Below, in pieces: positions 63,260 through 64,000 of a DNA stretch of 64,000 nt. Both the position numbers and the translations under genes were made by a program. Below the pieces are notes generated by a model. The model had not been told where the DNA came from. It saw only the letters and a program-made list of their open reading frames with translations, and did no database searches. The stretch is from Ostrea edulis (taxonomy: Eukaryota). The stretch spans positions 25,606,001 through 25,670,000 of the forward strand of contig NC_079164.1 in assembly GCF_947568905.1 (NCBI RefSeq). The letters run 5' to 3'. Numbering within the stretch: the first letter of the stretch is position 1; each line of letters opens with the position of its first letter.

Positions 63260-64000
63260 GTTAAATCAATGAATATGGACATATATAGACCGTAAATAAG
63301 TATATGGTCACCAAAGAGACAATAAAATTATATTTTCGTTTATATATTTCCTTTTATATGTGTCTTTGTGTAATCAATTGTTTATTATTGATTGCAAATG
63401 CAATACCCGCATTTTCACACAGGTGTATATTTCTATCATTATTCCCTTATTTGTATATCCAAGTTTGTATATGATCATCAATAAATTTTGAATTGTGCAC
63501 TCAATATATCCAACCAGATGCTAGGTGTATATCATTAGATTTCCGATTTCTATAAACTGCAAAACCTCGACCAGACAAGCATTCAATACAGGAAAACAAA
63601 TTTCGACTCTGACATCTCCCCTGATTGAAAACACCCTGTTTGGCACGGGTGAAGTGTGTCGCAGTCTTTATAATGGAACGACAACGTGTTGTAAAGTTCT
63701 AACGAGATCAAAATGGAGTTTATCATTTTGTTTCGTGGATTCATCATTATAAAGAGAATCTAATATTTTCGGTAAGTGCACATCTCCGATACCTGTTGAG
63801 TAGACGTCCATATTTGATACGGTTTTTTTTTGGGTGAATATGCCATGTGCATTACATATTATGCATATGGCATGGATCTGTATTTTGCAATTGATATGAA
63901 TAATAGATTTTATGCTCTTTGCTTATTCCATTCTATCAGTATGTAATTAGCAAATGATTTTCCGCATTTATTTCATAAGAAATTGCAAATACTTGCATGC

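Larger units (their letters stand above)
44639..63819 (+). repeat. Tandem segmental duplication, unit 2 (19.2 kb)
   Basis: 44639 matches 22470 (AGTTTTACAGAATGGAACATT); 63819 matches 44638 (..TATTTGATA), after which the sequences diverge. Confidence 0.9.

Overview
AT-rich eukaryotic genomic DNA with GT-AG introns. The repeat landscape (Penelope-like RT fragments, Tc1, Helentron-type MITEs) suggests a bivalve, probably an oyster; this is inference. The window holds a + strand cluster of five paralogous small single-pass receptor genes (A-E) built on one six-exon plan: signal peptide; 50/53-bp Cys exon; EGF-like Cys-repeat exon; stalk plus TM; 32/35-bp juxtamembrane exon; Tyr-rich tail. They are MEGF10/SCARF-like only in the ectodomain repeat type. 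B, C and D reconstruct as complete ORFs (302, 300, 282 aa). A has no recognisable signal peptide, and E runs off the window after exon 3. Main result: a ~19-22 kb tandem duplication (22470-44638 and 44639-63819) has its breakpoints in phase-1 intron 3 of two neighbouring paralogs. It creates an in-frame chimera (gene D) with an E/B-type ectodomain on a C-type TM and ITAM-like tail. Across A-D all four combinations of two ectodomain classes and two tail classes occur. Intron 3 of D and E also carries a 27-bp minisatellite that resembles an amplified copy of the exon-3 splice-donor junction. The rest is transposon debris, microsatellites and older duplicated intergenic DNA. Main caveat: the two tandem units could be haplotypes mis-assembled in tandem. 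All alignments and translations were done by eye; no databases were searched.
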